The notes below the pieces were generated by a model, which searched no databases, was not told where the DNA came from, and saw only the letters and a list, made by a program, of their open reading frames with translations. Shown in pieces: positions 15,124 through 23,926 of a DNA stretch of 64,000 nt (the stretch's first letter is position 1; every line of letters starts with the position of its first letter). Origin of the DNA: Prolixibacteraceae bacterium (GTDB lineage: Bacteria; Bacteroidota; Bacteroidia; Bacteroidales; Prolixibacteraceae). The stretch covers positions 8,485 through 72,484 of the forward strand of contig JBAXED010000004.1 in assembly GCA_037140615.1 (NCBI GenBank), written 5' to 3'. Made by a program: the position numbers and the translations under genes.

Positions 15124-18100
15124 TCGTCGTGTTGATGGCTTTAAATGTTTTGGGACAGACTTCCCCGCATGGGAAGGCATTCCAGATCGATTGTGCACAA
15201 TGCCATACTTCCACCAACTGGAAGGTAAATCCTACGGCAATTCAGTTCAACCATGACAATACCAATTTCAAGTTGGTTGGTCAGCATTTGGTTGTCAATT
15301 GCAAGGATTGTCACTTGTCCCTTACCTTCAAGGATGGGAGAAGAAACTGTATTGATTGTCATACAGATGCCCACAACCAGTCATTGGGTAAAGATTGCGA
15401 AAAGTGTCATATGCCGAAATCCTGGATCATCAGTGATGTAACAGCCATGCATCAAAAAAACAGATTTCCACTTTTAGGTGCACATAGGACAGTAAATTGC
15501 AGTTCATGCCATAAGTCGGCGTCACAATTTCTATTTGAGCCTCTTGGAATAGAATGTGTCAACTGTCATAACACAGATTTTCTGAAAACAACAACCCCAA
15601 ATCACGTAACGAATAAATATTCAACATTTTGTCTGGAGTGCCACAACGAAAATTCAAATAGCTGGCGCACAACTCTAACAAGCCATGAATCGTTCCCTCT
15701 AACAGGTGGTCACAACGTTGGATGCGGCTTATGCCATACGACAGGTCACTACACCAAAATCCCTACTGATTGTAATAATTGTCACAATAAGCAATATATA
15801 GCATCACAAATACCCAAGCATCAGGCTGCGGGTATACCTGTTAAATGTGAAACCTGCCATAATACTTCTAGCTGGAAACCATCCAGTTTCAACCATCTTT
15901 CGACTGGTTTCGAATTAAAAGGATCACATAAAAATGTTGTACAGTGTTCTGACTGCCACAAGGGTAATTTGACAAGTGCAAAGCAAACCTGCCTAAGCTG
16001 TCATCAGGTTCAATATGACAAAGCTCCCAACCACAAAGCAGTAAACTATCCGGTTGACTGTACTCAATGTCATTCCCAAATTAATTGGATAGATAATACT
16101 TTTAACCATTCTGCTACAAGCTATCCACTAACAGGAGCTCATAAAGTAGTGAAATGCGGTGATTGCCATTTGACCGCATTGAAAGGAACGCCTACAGTTT
16201 GTAGTGGCTGCCACCTTTCCACTTATACCAACTCACAGGTGCCAGCTCATGCTTCTGCAGGAATTTCCAAGGATTGTGCAACCTGTCACACCACAGTAGC
16301 ATGGAAACCTTCCGGTTTTAACCATACAACCACAGGTTATGAATTGAAAGGTGCGCACAAATTACTGGTGCAGTGTTCATTGTGTCACAAGGGAAATGTT
16401 ACTTCAGCACCACAAACCTGTGTCGGATGTCATCAGGCTAAATATGATGTAGCCCCTAACCACAAAGCTCAGGGCTATCCAACAGATTGTATCATGTGTC
16501 ATACACAGAACAATTGGCTGGAAAATAGCTTTAACCATGCCACAACAGCCTTTCCCTTAACCGGATCTCATATTTCAGTTGATTGTTCGAAATGTCATAC
16601 TGTTGGTTTTAAAGGAACACCAGTGGTTTGCAGCAGCTGCCATTTGCCGGCATATACCAGTTCCATGTTACCTGACCACGTGGCGGCCGGAATACCCAAA
16701 GAGTGTGCAACTTGTCATACAACGGTTTCCTGGAAACCTGCATCTTTTAATCATACCACAACAGGCTATGAGCTGAAAGGGGCGCATAAAAGCGTCGTTC
16801 AGTGTTCAGTGTGCCACAAAGGAAACCTGACTTCAACACCTCAGACTTGTATATCATGTCATCAGGCACAGTACGATGTTGCGCCTGCGCATAAGAAAAG
16901 CGGATTTTCAACTGATTGTGCCACATGCCATACACAAGACAACTGGTTATCCACTACTTTTGATCACTCAACTACAACTTTTCCTTTGACTGGAGCTCAT
17001 ACCAAGGTTGTTTGTTCTTTATGCCATGCCAATGGATATGCAGGAACTTCAACAGTATGCAGTAGCTGCCATTTACCTGTATATACCAGTTCTCAAACGC
17101 CTGGTCACGTTGCAGCAGGTGTCCCAAAAGAGTGTGCTACCTGCCATACCACAATTTCCTGGAAACCATCTTCGTTTAACCACTCAACCACCGGTTATGA
17201 GTTAAAAGGGGCTCATAAACTAATTATTCAGTGTTCACTTTGTCATTTAGGAAATGTAACATCCGCTCCACAGGTATGTATTGGATGCCATCAGGCACAA
17301 TACGATGTTGCACCATCACACAAAGCAAGCGGATTTTCAACAGATTGCACCAAATGCCATTCACAGGACAATTGGCTTTCCGCCAATTTTGACCATTCAA
17401 CAACTACATTTCCTCTTACCGGAGCTCATGCCAAGGTTCTCTGTACTACTTGCCATATCAATGGTTATGCCGGTACTTCAACCGCATGCAGTAGTTGCCA
17501 TTTGCCGGTTTATACGAGTTCTCAATTGCCAGGTCACGTTGCTGCGGGGATACCAAAGGAGTGCGCAACCTGCCACACCACCGTCGTATGGAAACCTTCT
17601 ACTTTCAACCATACCGCCACAGGATTTGAACTCAAAGGAGCGCATAAGCTTATAGTTCAATGTTCAGATTGTCATAAAGGAAATCTCACCTCCGCATCTT
17701 TGAGCTGTATTGGATGCCATCAGGCTAAATATGATGCAGCACCAAATCATAAAGCACAGGGATATCCAACAGACTGTACAATCTGCCACACCATGAACAA
17801 CTGGCTGGAGAACAGCTTCAATCATGCAACAACAGCCTTCCCATTGACTGGAGCTCATACCACTGTTTTATGTTCCAAATGTCATACCGTTGGTTTCAAA
17901 GGCACTCCGACAGCATGCAATAGTTGCCATTTACCGGTTTATACGAGTTCGCAATTACCTGGCCACGCTGCCGCTGGAATACCTACTGATTGTGCAACCT
18001 GTCATACAACAGCTGTATGGAAACCATCTACATTCAACCATACTACCACCGGATACCAACTACTAGGTGCGCATAAGCTTTTAGTCCAATGTTCAGATTG

Positions 18101-18689
18101 CCACAAAGGAAATGTCAAAACTGCGGCCTTAACATGTGTAGGTTGCCACCAGGCTAAATATGATGCAGCCCTTAACCATAAGGCACAGGGATATCCTACA
18201 GATTGTGCAATGTGCCACACTCAGAACAACTGGTTAGAGAATAGCTTCAATCATGCCACAACTGCCTTCCCATTGACTGGAGCTCATACTACTGTTTTAT
18301 GCTCTAAATGTCATGCCACAACTTTTAAGGGTACTTCGACATTGTGTTTCACTTGTCATGCAACCAAATACAATGCATCCACAAATCCGAACCATCTAGC
18401 CGCTAAATTCCCTACTAATTGCGAAATTTGTCATACTACCAAGGCATGGACTCCTTCAACATACAACCATGATGCTCAGTATTTCCCAATTAGTAGTGGA
18501 CGGCACAAAGGGGTATGGACGCTTTGTACCGAATGTCATACAGTTGCTACTAATTATGCCACTTTTAGTTGTATCGTTTGTCATACGCATAGCAATAAGG
18601 CTAGCATAGACAGCAGTCACAAAGGCATAAAAAATTATACATATACCGGTACATCTTGTTACACATGCCATCCCCGGGGAAATACTTAA
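15099..18689 (+). CDS. giant multiheme c-type cytochrome, 49 CxxCH motifs, paralog of 6361-10812
   Basis: I counted 49 CxxCH in 1196 aa. The signal peptide and N- and C-terminal caps match the 61-heme paralog. Its start overlaps the upstream gene by 25 nt. Confidence 0.9.
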   Translation: MRYLSLTIVVVLMALNVLGQTSPHGKAFQIDCAQCHTSTNWKVNPTAIQFNHDNTNFKLVGQHLVVNCKDCHLSLTFKDGRRNCIDCHTDAHNQSLGKDCEKCHMPKSWIISDVTAMHQKNRFPLLGAHRTVNCSSCHKSASQFLFEPLGIECVNCHNTDFLKTTTPNHVTNKYSTFCLECHNENSNSWRTTLTSHESFPLTGGHNVGCGLCHTTGHYTKIPTDCNNCHNKQYIASQIPKHQAAGIPVKCETCHNTSSWKPSSFNHLSTGFELKGSHKNVVQCSDCHKGNLTSAKQTCLSCHQVQYDKAPNHKAVNYPVDCTQCHSQINWIDNTFNHSATSYPLTGAHKVVKCGDCHLTALKGTPTVCSGCHLSTYTNSQVPAHASAGISKDCATCHTTVAWKPSGFNHTTTGYELKGAHKLLVQCSLCHKGNVTSAPQTCVGCHQAKYDVAPNHKAQGYPTDCIMCHTQNNWLENSFNHATTAFPLTGSHISVDCSKCHTVGFKGTPVVCSSCHLPAYTSSMLPDHVAAGIPKECATCHTTVSWKPASFNHTTTGYELKGAHKSVVQCSVCHKGNLTSTPQTCISCHQAQYDVAPAHKKSGFSTDCATCHTQDNWLSTTFDHSTTTFPLTGAHTKVVCSLCHANGYAGTSTVCSSCHLPVYTSSQTPGHVAAGVPKECATCHTTISWKPSSFNHSTTGYELKGAHKLIIQCSLCHLGNVTSAPQVCIGCHQAQYDVAPSHKASGFSTDCTKCHSQDNWLSANFDHSTTTFPLTGAHAKVLCTTCHINGYAGTSTACSSCHLPVYTSSQLPGHVAAGIPKECATCHTTVVWKPSTFNHTATGFELKGAHKLIVQCSDCHKGNLTSASLSCIGCHQAKYDAAPNHKAQGYPTDCTICHTMNNWLENSFNHATTAFPLTGAHTTVLCSKCHTVGFKGTPTACNSCHLPVYTSSQLPGHAAAGIPTDCATCHTTAVWKPSTFNHTTTGYQLLGAHKLLVQCSDCHKGNVKTAALTCVGCHQAKYDAALNHKAQGYPTDCAMCHTQNNWLENSFNHATTAFPLTGAHTTVLCSKCHATTFKGTSTLCFTCHATKYNASTNPNHLAAKFPTNCEICHTTKAWTPSTYNHDAQYFPISSGRHKGVWTLCTECHTVATNYATFSCIVCHTHSNKASIDSSHKGIKNYTYTGTSCYTCHPRGNT
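16275..18359 (+). repeat. in-frame tandem array of the 429-bp six-CxxCH module, ~4.9 copies
   Basis: Same 143-aa periodicity as in 7537-10479, with exactly two fewer modules. Confidence 0.85.
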
Positions 18690-18789
18690 TCTTATAATTT
18701 TGAAATGGTTGATTTAGAATGATTTTTGTTTTATTGAGACAAGAAAAAGATGGCAGATTCTGAATTAATGGTATCTGGAATGTTAAAAA

Positions 18790-18797
18790 TAATTTTG
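18790..18797 (+). promoter_or_regulatory. candidate Bacteroidota -7 box TAATTTTG
   Basis: Perfect TAnnTTTG 21 nt upstream of ATG 18818. No clear -33 TTTG was seen. Confidence 0.35.
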
Positions 18798-18817
18798 TAA
18801 ACGTATTAATTTGATTG

Positions 18818-20425
18818 ATGAGAATTATAATAATCATATTTGGAATGTTTTTGCTCTTACCAGCTGTTTCCGCCCAAAATGGGAAAACAGAAATTGAAGG
18901 AGCAGTAACTTACCAAACCACTCAAAATGTTTATGTCAAATTTTTATCGGCAAGAGGTATTAAAATCGGAGATAAAATTTTTCTCCGGAAGGATCAACTT
19001 CTCGTACCCGTTTTGAATGTGGAGAATGTTTCTTCTGTTTCTTGTGTTGGAAAACCAATTGGAAATGAAAAATTCAAGGTCGGTGACAAACTAATTGCCT
19101 TGGTTTCAAAAGAAGAAGCAGCAGTTGAAAAGGAATTACAAAAGGAACAGGCTGTTGCATTGGTGCCAGATAGCTCGAAATCAGGAATTAGTAAAACCCC
19201 CATTGCCACATCAAGTAGGAAACAACGCATCGATGGGCGAATTCAAATATCCTCTTATTCAAATCTTTCAAGTTTACCTTCCGGCAATAACAATCGGTTG
19301 AGGTACATCTGGTCTATGAATGCCACCAATATTTCAGATTCACGAATTTCATTGGATGCTTACATATCATTTTCCCATAAGTTGAACGATTGGGCACCAA
19401 TCAAGGAGAATATTTTTAACGGACTAAAAATTTACGACCTCAATCTGCAATATGAAGTCGGTGATAACACTACTATCTGGTTGGGAAGGAAAATCAATCC
19501 TAATATTGCCAGTCTAGGTGCGCTTGATGGTTTACAATTTGAAATGAAGTTCAAACATTTTTTCTGGGGAGCTGTAGGAGGCTTCAGACCTGATTATGTC
19601 GACTATAGTTTTAATAAGAATTTGTTGGAATATGGTGCATTTATTGGCCATATGGCAAAAAATATGAATGGAGTCATGCAGACTTCATTGGCTGGATTCA
19701 ACCAAACCAATTCCGGTCATACTGACCGACGTTTTGTTTATTTTCAACATGATAACTCATTGTTGAAAAATGTCAACCTTTTTCTGTCTTCAGAGGTAGA
19801 TCTGTATAAAATAATCAACGGACTTCCTGTCAATGAATATACCTTGACGAGTTTATACTTAATGCTGAACTATAGGATATCCAGAAAGCTTTCGGTTTCA
19901 ACTTCCTATGATAATCGTAAGAATATTATTTATTACGAGACCTATAAAAATTACGTCGATGCAATGCTGGCAGATGCAACAAGGCAAGGTGTACAATTTA
20001 GGATCAATTATCGACCAATTAATTACATGAGCATTGGTTTCTCATCTAGTTACTGGGATCGGGCAGGGGATAGCAGACCAACTAAAAACTTCAATGGAAT
20101 ATTTACCTATTCACAACTTCCGCTATTGAAAGTTTCATCTACTTTAACTGCTAATATACTGCAAACTAGTTATGTAGATGGGGCGATTTATGGGATTAGA
20201 TTTGATAAGGATTTTTTCAATGGCAAGATGAACTGGGGATTAAACTACAGATATGTTGATTATACCTACCTGGCCTCTTCAGGAAAACTCATCGAACACA
20301 TTGGCGCCGCTGACTTATCCATTCAATTTACCCGTAAATTTTCCATGTCAGTTAGCTATGAAGGAACCTTTGAACAACAGAATGTTTACCACCAGATCTA
20401 TGGTAGTCTGATTAAGCGTTTTTAA
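18818..20425 (+). CDS. predicted outer-membrane beta-barrel protein with ~140-aa N-terminal soluble domain
   Basis: Signal peptide MRIIIIIFGMFLLLPAVSAQ. Many amphipathic alternating stretches rich in Y/N/S/G (for example GVQFRINYRPINYMSIGFSSSYWD). C-terminal Phe (SLIKRF). Confidence 0.7.
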   Translation: MRIIIIIFGMFLLLPAVSAQNGKTEIEGAVTYQTTQNVYVKFLSARGIKIGDKIFLRKDQLLVPVLNVENVSSVSCVGKPIGNEKFKVGDKLIALVSKEEAAVEKELQKEQAVALVPDSSKSGISKTPIATSSRKQRIDGRIQISSYSNLSSLPSGNNNRLRYIWSMNATNISDSRISLDAYISFSHKLNDWAPIKENIFNGLKIYDLNLQYEVGDNTTIWLGRKINPNIASLGALDGLQFEMKFKHFFWGAVGGFRPDYVDYSFNKNLLEYGAFIGHMAKNMNGVMQTSLAGFNQTNSGHTDRRFVYFQHDNSLLKNVNLFLSSEVDLYKIINGLPVNEYTLTSLYLMLNYRISRKLSVSTSYDNRKNIIYYETYKNYVDAMLADATRQGVQFRINYRPINYMSIGFSSSYWDRAGDSRPTKNFNGIFTYSQLPLLKVSSTLTANILQTSYVDGAIYGIRFDKDFFNGKMNWGLNYRYVDYTYLASSGKLIEHIGAADLSIQFTRKFSMSVSYEGTFEQQNVYHQIYGSLIKRF

Positions 20426-20452
20426 TTTTTTCATCTCAATTTATATTCTACA

Positions 20453-20505
20453 GGTAAACAAAACAAAAGGGTTTTCATTCCGAAAACCCTTTTGTTTTGT
20501 TTACC
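20453..20505. terminator. bidirectional intrinsic terminator, 24-bp perfect stem with 5-nt loop
   Basis: 20453-20476 pairs perfectly with 20482-20505. It lies between convergent stops at 20425 and 20519. Confidence 0.8.
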
Positions 20506-20518
20506 TTAAAAAAACTTC

Positions 20519-23500
20519 TCAGCTCATTAGGGCTTTTATCTTCTTTAGATTTTTCCTTCTGCGGTTTTTAATACGTATGATGTAATCCATATAATAGAGC
20601 GCTGGAACGAACAATAGGGTAAGAAACGTTGCAAAGCTCAATCCGAAGATAATTGTCCATGAGAGAGGTCCCCAGAAGGCAACATTATCGCCTCCAAAAT
20701 AAATCTGTGGATTGAAAGAGGTGAACAAGGTTTCAAAGTTAATGTTCATTCCAACTGCCAAAGGAACCAAGCCTAGTATTGTCGCTGATGCGGTAAGAAC
20801 AACAGGGGTAATTCTGGTCTTTCCTGCCTGGATGATAGCATCTCTTGTTTTCATTCCCCGTTTTTTCATTTCGTCGCAGAATTCCACAATCAATATTCCG
20901 TTTCGGACAACAATTCCACCAAGTGCTACCACGCCTAAGCCAGTCATCATAATGACCAGATCCATGCGGAATACAATCACACCCAATAAAACTCCAACAA
21001 TACTAAATATCACCTCACTTAGGATAATGATAGATTTACTGATTGAGCCAAATTGTGATATCAGAATAAAGAATATCATGCCGAGTGCTATAATCATTGC
21101 CTTCAGCAGAAATGAAGAGGTTTCGGCCTGGTTTTCCTGCTCTCCTGTGAGCTTGATAGAGGTTCCCGAATGCATCGGATAATCTTTGGCCAATGCTTTG
21201 ATCTTAGGGACTATATCATTTGGAGAATAGCCGGATATAACATTTGAATAAACAGTAATGATACGTTTTTGATCCAAACGTTTTATTCCGGCATAGGAAC
21301 TTGAATATTGAATTTTCGCCACTGTGGAAAGTGGTATCGTCCTGATCTGTCCAGAGTTCATATCACGGTAGGTTATCACCAGATTGATCAACGAATTGAT
21401 ATTTTCGCGTGTCAGCTTTGAATAGCGCAGCGTAATTGGAAATTCGTCTTCATCTTTCTTAAATTTTGAAATCTCTTTTCCAAACAGGGCTGTTCTTAGC
21501 TCCAGTCCAATCTGACCCGTCGACAATCCAGCTCTTTGAGCACGGTCACGGTCGATGTTAATCATGATTTCCGGAGAGTTTATTTCAAAGTCAGTCTTCA
21601 GTTCTTCAACACCGGGAATATTTAATGAATCGAGGTAATTGCGAAATCCGAAAGCATCTGACACCAATTCATCCATATTTTCACTGGTAACCTCAATATT
21701 GATTGGTTGTCCGGTTGGAGGTCCCATTTTGCTTTTACCAACAGTTATCTCAGCTCCGGCAATATCAGCAATTGATTCTCGAATTTTTGCCATATATTTT
21801 GTTGTGGAGATGCCGGTTGTCCTGAATTTGCTTTCAACAAAATTAATAGAGATCTTTCCTTTGTTAAAAGGCTTACCTGCACTTGAAAAACCTTCCTCCT
21901 CGGCACCAATTGTAATATTGGAAATCACCGATTCAACGTCAGGATTATGATCTCCTATGGCTTGATAAACACGTTTTTCCGCAATTCTGGTAACGCTGTC
22001 CGTTACATTTTGATCAGTACCTCCAGGCATTTTTACATATACCATGATGCTGTTTGGATCACTATCAGGAAAAAAAAGTACTTTAGGTTTTACGATACCG
22101 GTAAGCACCATGGTAAATATGAAAAGCACTACCATTGCTCCAAGCATCCAAAGAGGACGGAAACCATACAGCACCCAACGCAACTGTTTCTCGTATGCAG
22201 CCATGATCTTTGGCCAAAAATTTTCCTGAAATGATTTGATCCAAAATTGGATGGCGTAATGGTATAGGAAGACCATCAATATGGCAAATACAATGAAATT
22301 GGCAATTCCAAAAGATTTGAACAGATAGAATACTACTGCCAAACCAAACATCCCAAGCATGATTTTCTTTGTTTGCTTCCATTCCGCTTTTGTGTCAGAA
22401 TCAAATTCATGTGCCATGAAAGAGACTGCAAATACCGGGTTGAAGATGTAGGCTACAAAGAGTGATGCAAACAAGGTGATAATTAATGTTACCGGTAAGT
22501 AATGCATGAATTGCCCAACAATACCTGGCCAGAATGCCAATGGGAAAAAGGGTGCAAGTGTCGTTAGCGTACCGGACAGAATGGGCAAAAATACTTCGCC
22601 TGCAGCCAGCTTAGCCGCGACCCGGATGTCTGGATGACTTTTGTGCATTCGGTGGGTATTTTCAATGACCACAATGGCATCATCAACCACAATTCCCAAA
22701 GCAAAAATGAAAGCGAACATGACAATCATGTTCATCGTAAATCCTATGTTTGGAATGATCAGATAAGCAATGGCCATAGAAAGCGGAACTGAGAGTCCGA
22801 CAAAGAACGCATTTGTAAAGCCCATGAAGAACATCAGAACGATAGTGACAAGAATGAAACCAATAATAATCGTATTGTTTAGTTCTTCAAGCGTGTTGCG
22901 CGTCATGCGGCTCTGATCGCCGGAGATAGTCATAGTAAGATCACCCGGAAGTTCTTTACCCTTAACTGAAGAAACAATTTCTTTGATCTGATCTGACGCA
23001 TCCAGAAGGTTTGTTCCGCTCTTTTTAATCACATTAAGCGTAATAACGTTTTTGCCATCCAGACGGGAGAAACTTTCCTGCTCTTTAAAGTTATCGCTGA
23101 CCTCAGCAAGGTCACTTAACTTGATGTATGCTCCACCAGAACCATGCACAACAATGTCTCGAACTTCCTGAACAGTTTCAAATTGACCCTTTAACCGAAC
23201 AGTATTTTTTGTTCCGTTCATCGTAATTGTACCACCAGAAATGGTTAAGTTCTCGCGGGCAACAGCTCCTTCGATGTCGGCAAAAGTGACTCTGGCAGCC
23301 TGCATTTTAAAAATATCGGCATTGATCTGAATTTCACGTTCGAGGGCACCTACAATATCGACTCTTGTAATTTCTTTGACACCTTCTATCTTATCCTGAA
23401 CGATTTCAGCATATTTCTTCAGTTTATCCAGCTCGTAATTTCCGGAGATATTGATATACATCACTGGAAATTCTGCTAAATTGACATCCATAATTTGAGG

Positions 23501-23908
23501 CTGATCAGGAAGGTCACTGGGCAAATCCCTTTTCGCTTTGTCTACAGCATCTCTAACCCTTTGCTTGGCTGATTCAACAGCAACACTTGGATCAAACTCT
23601 ACGACGATGGATGAGAAATCCTGCACTGAATTACTGGTGATTTTTTTGACATCAGCAATCGATTTCAACTGTTTTTCTATGGGACGCGTTATCAGATTCT
23701 CGATGTCTACCGGCGAAGTGCCGGGATAGGGAGAATTGACAATGATATATGGAATTACCACCTCAGGAAATTGTTCCTTGGGAATTTGGTAATAATTGAG
23801 CAGACCCAGGATGGAGATAATGAAGGCCAGCACATAAACACTCGTCTTGTTATCAACCGCCCAGCTGGTTGCAAAAAATTCTTTGATAAAAAATTTATCC
23901 TTTGACAT
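20519..23908 (-). CDS. efflux RND transporter permease (AcrB/HAE1-like)
   Basis: 1129 aa with 12-TM RND architecture and typical N-terminus FIKEFFATSWAVDNKTSVYVLAFII. It lies downstream of MFP and TolC genes. Confidence 0.9.
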   Translation of the reverse strand: MSKDKFFIKEFFATSWAVDNKTSVYVLAFIISILGLLNYYQIPKEQFPEVVIPYIIVNSPYPGTSPVDIENLITRPIEKQLKSIADVKKITSNSVQDFSSIVVEFDPSVAVESAKQRVRDAVDKAKRDLPSDLPDQPQIMDVNLAEFPVMYINISGNYELDKLKKYAEIVQDKIEGVKEITRVDIVGALEREIQINADIFKMQAARVTFADIEGAVARENLTISGGTITMNGTKNTVRLKGQFETVQEVRDIVVHGSGGAYIKLSDLAEVSDNFKEQESFSRLDGKNVITLNVIKKSGTNLLDASDQIKEIVSSVKGKELPGDLTMTISGDQSRMTRNTLEELNNTIIIGFILVTIVLMFFMGFTNAFFVGLSVPLSMAIAYLIIPNIGFTMNMIVMFAFIFALGIVVDDAIVVIENTHRMHKSHPDIRVAAKLAAGEVFLPILSGTLTTLAPFFPLAFWPGIVGQFMHYLPVTLIITLFASLFVAYIFNPVFAVSFMAHEFDSDTKAEWKQTKKIMLGMFGLAVVFYLFKSFGIANFIVFAILMVFLYHYAIQFWIKSFQENFWPKIMAAYEKQLRWVLYGFRPLWMLGAMVVLFIFTMVLTGIVKPKVLFFPDSDPNSIMVYVKMPGGTDQNVTDSVTRIAEKRVYQAIGDHNPDVESVISNITIGAEEEGFSSAGKPFNKGKISINFVESKFRTTGISTTKYMAKIRESIADIAGAEITVGKSKMGPPTGQPINIEVTSENMDELVSDAFGFRNYLDSLNIPGVEELKTDFEINSPEIMINIDRDRAQRAGLSTGQIGLELRTALFGKEISKFKKDEDEFPITLRYSKLTRENINSLINLVITYRDMNSGQIRTIPLSTVAKIQYSSSYAGIKRLDQKRIITVYSNVISGYSPNDIVPKIKALAKDYPMHSGTSIKLTGEQENQAETSSFLLKAMIIALGMIFFILISQFGSISKSIIILSEVIFSIVGVLLGVIVFRMDLVIMMTGLGVVALGGIVVRNGILIVEFCDEMKKRGMKTRDAIIQAGKTRITPVVLTASATILGLVPLAVGMNINFETLFTSFNPQIYFGGDNVAFWGPLSWTIIFGLSFATFLTLLFVPALYYMDYIIRIKNRRRKNLKKIKALMS

Positions 23909-23926
23909 AATTACTTTATTTGTCGA

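Noticed and set aside
18601-18837. 78-aa minus-strand ORF spanning the cytochrome/OM-barrel spacer
   Set aside because: It overlaps the 3' end of the 49-heme gene and the start of the barrel gene. Its translation is AT-rich and low-complexity (IIIILINQ...), and the region is better explained as a spacer with a -7 box.
20712-22382. ORFs of 95-156 aa opposite or out of frame within the RND pump gene (20712-21182 +, 21639-21950 +, 21947-22234 +, 22083-22382 -)
   Set aside because: They are embedded in a 1129-aa RND permease ORF. No motifs or signals were seen, which is typical of shadow ORFs.
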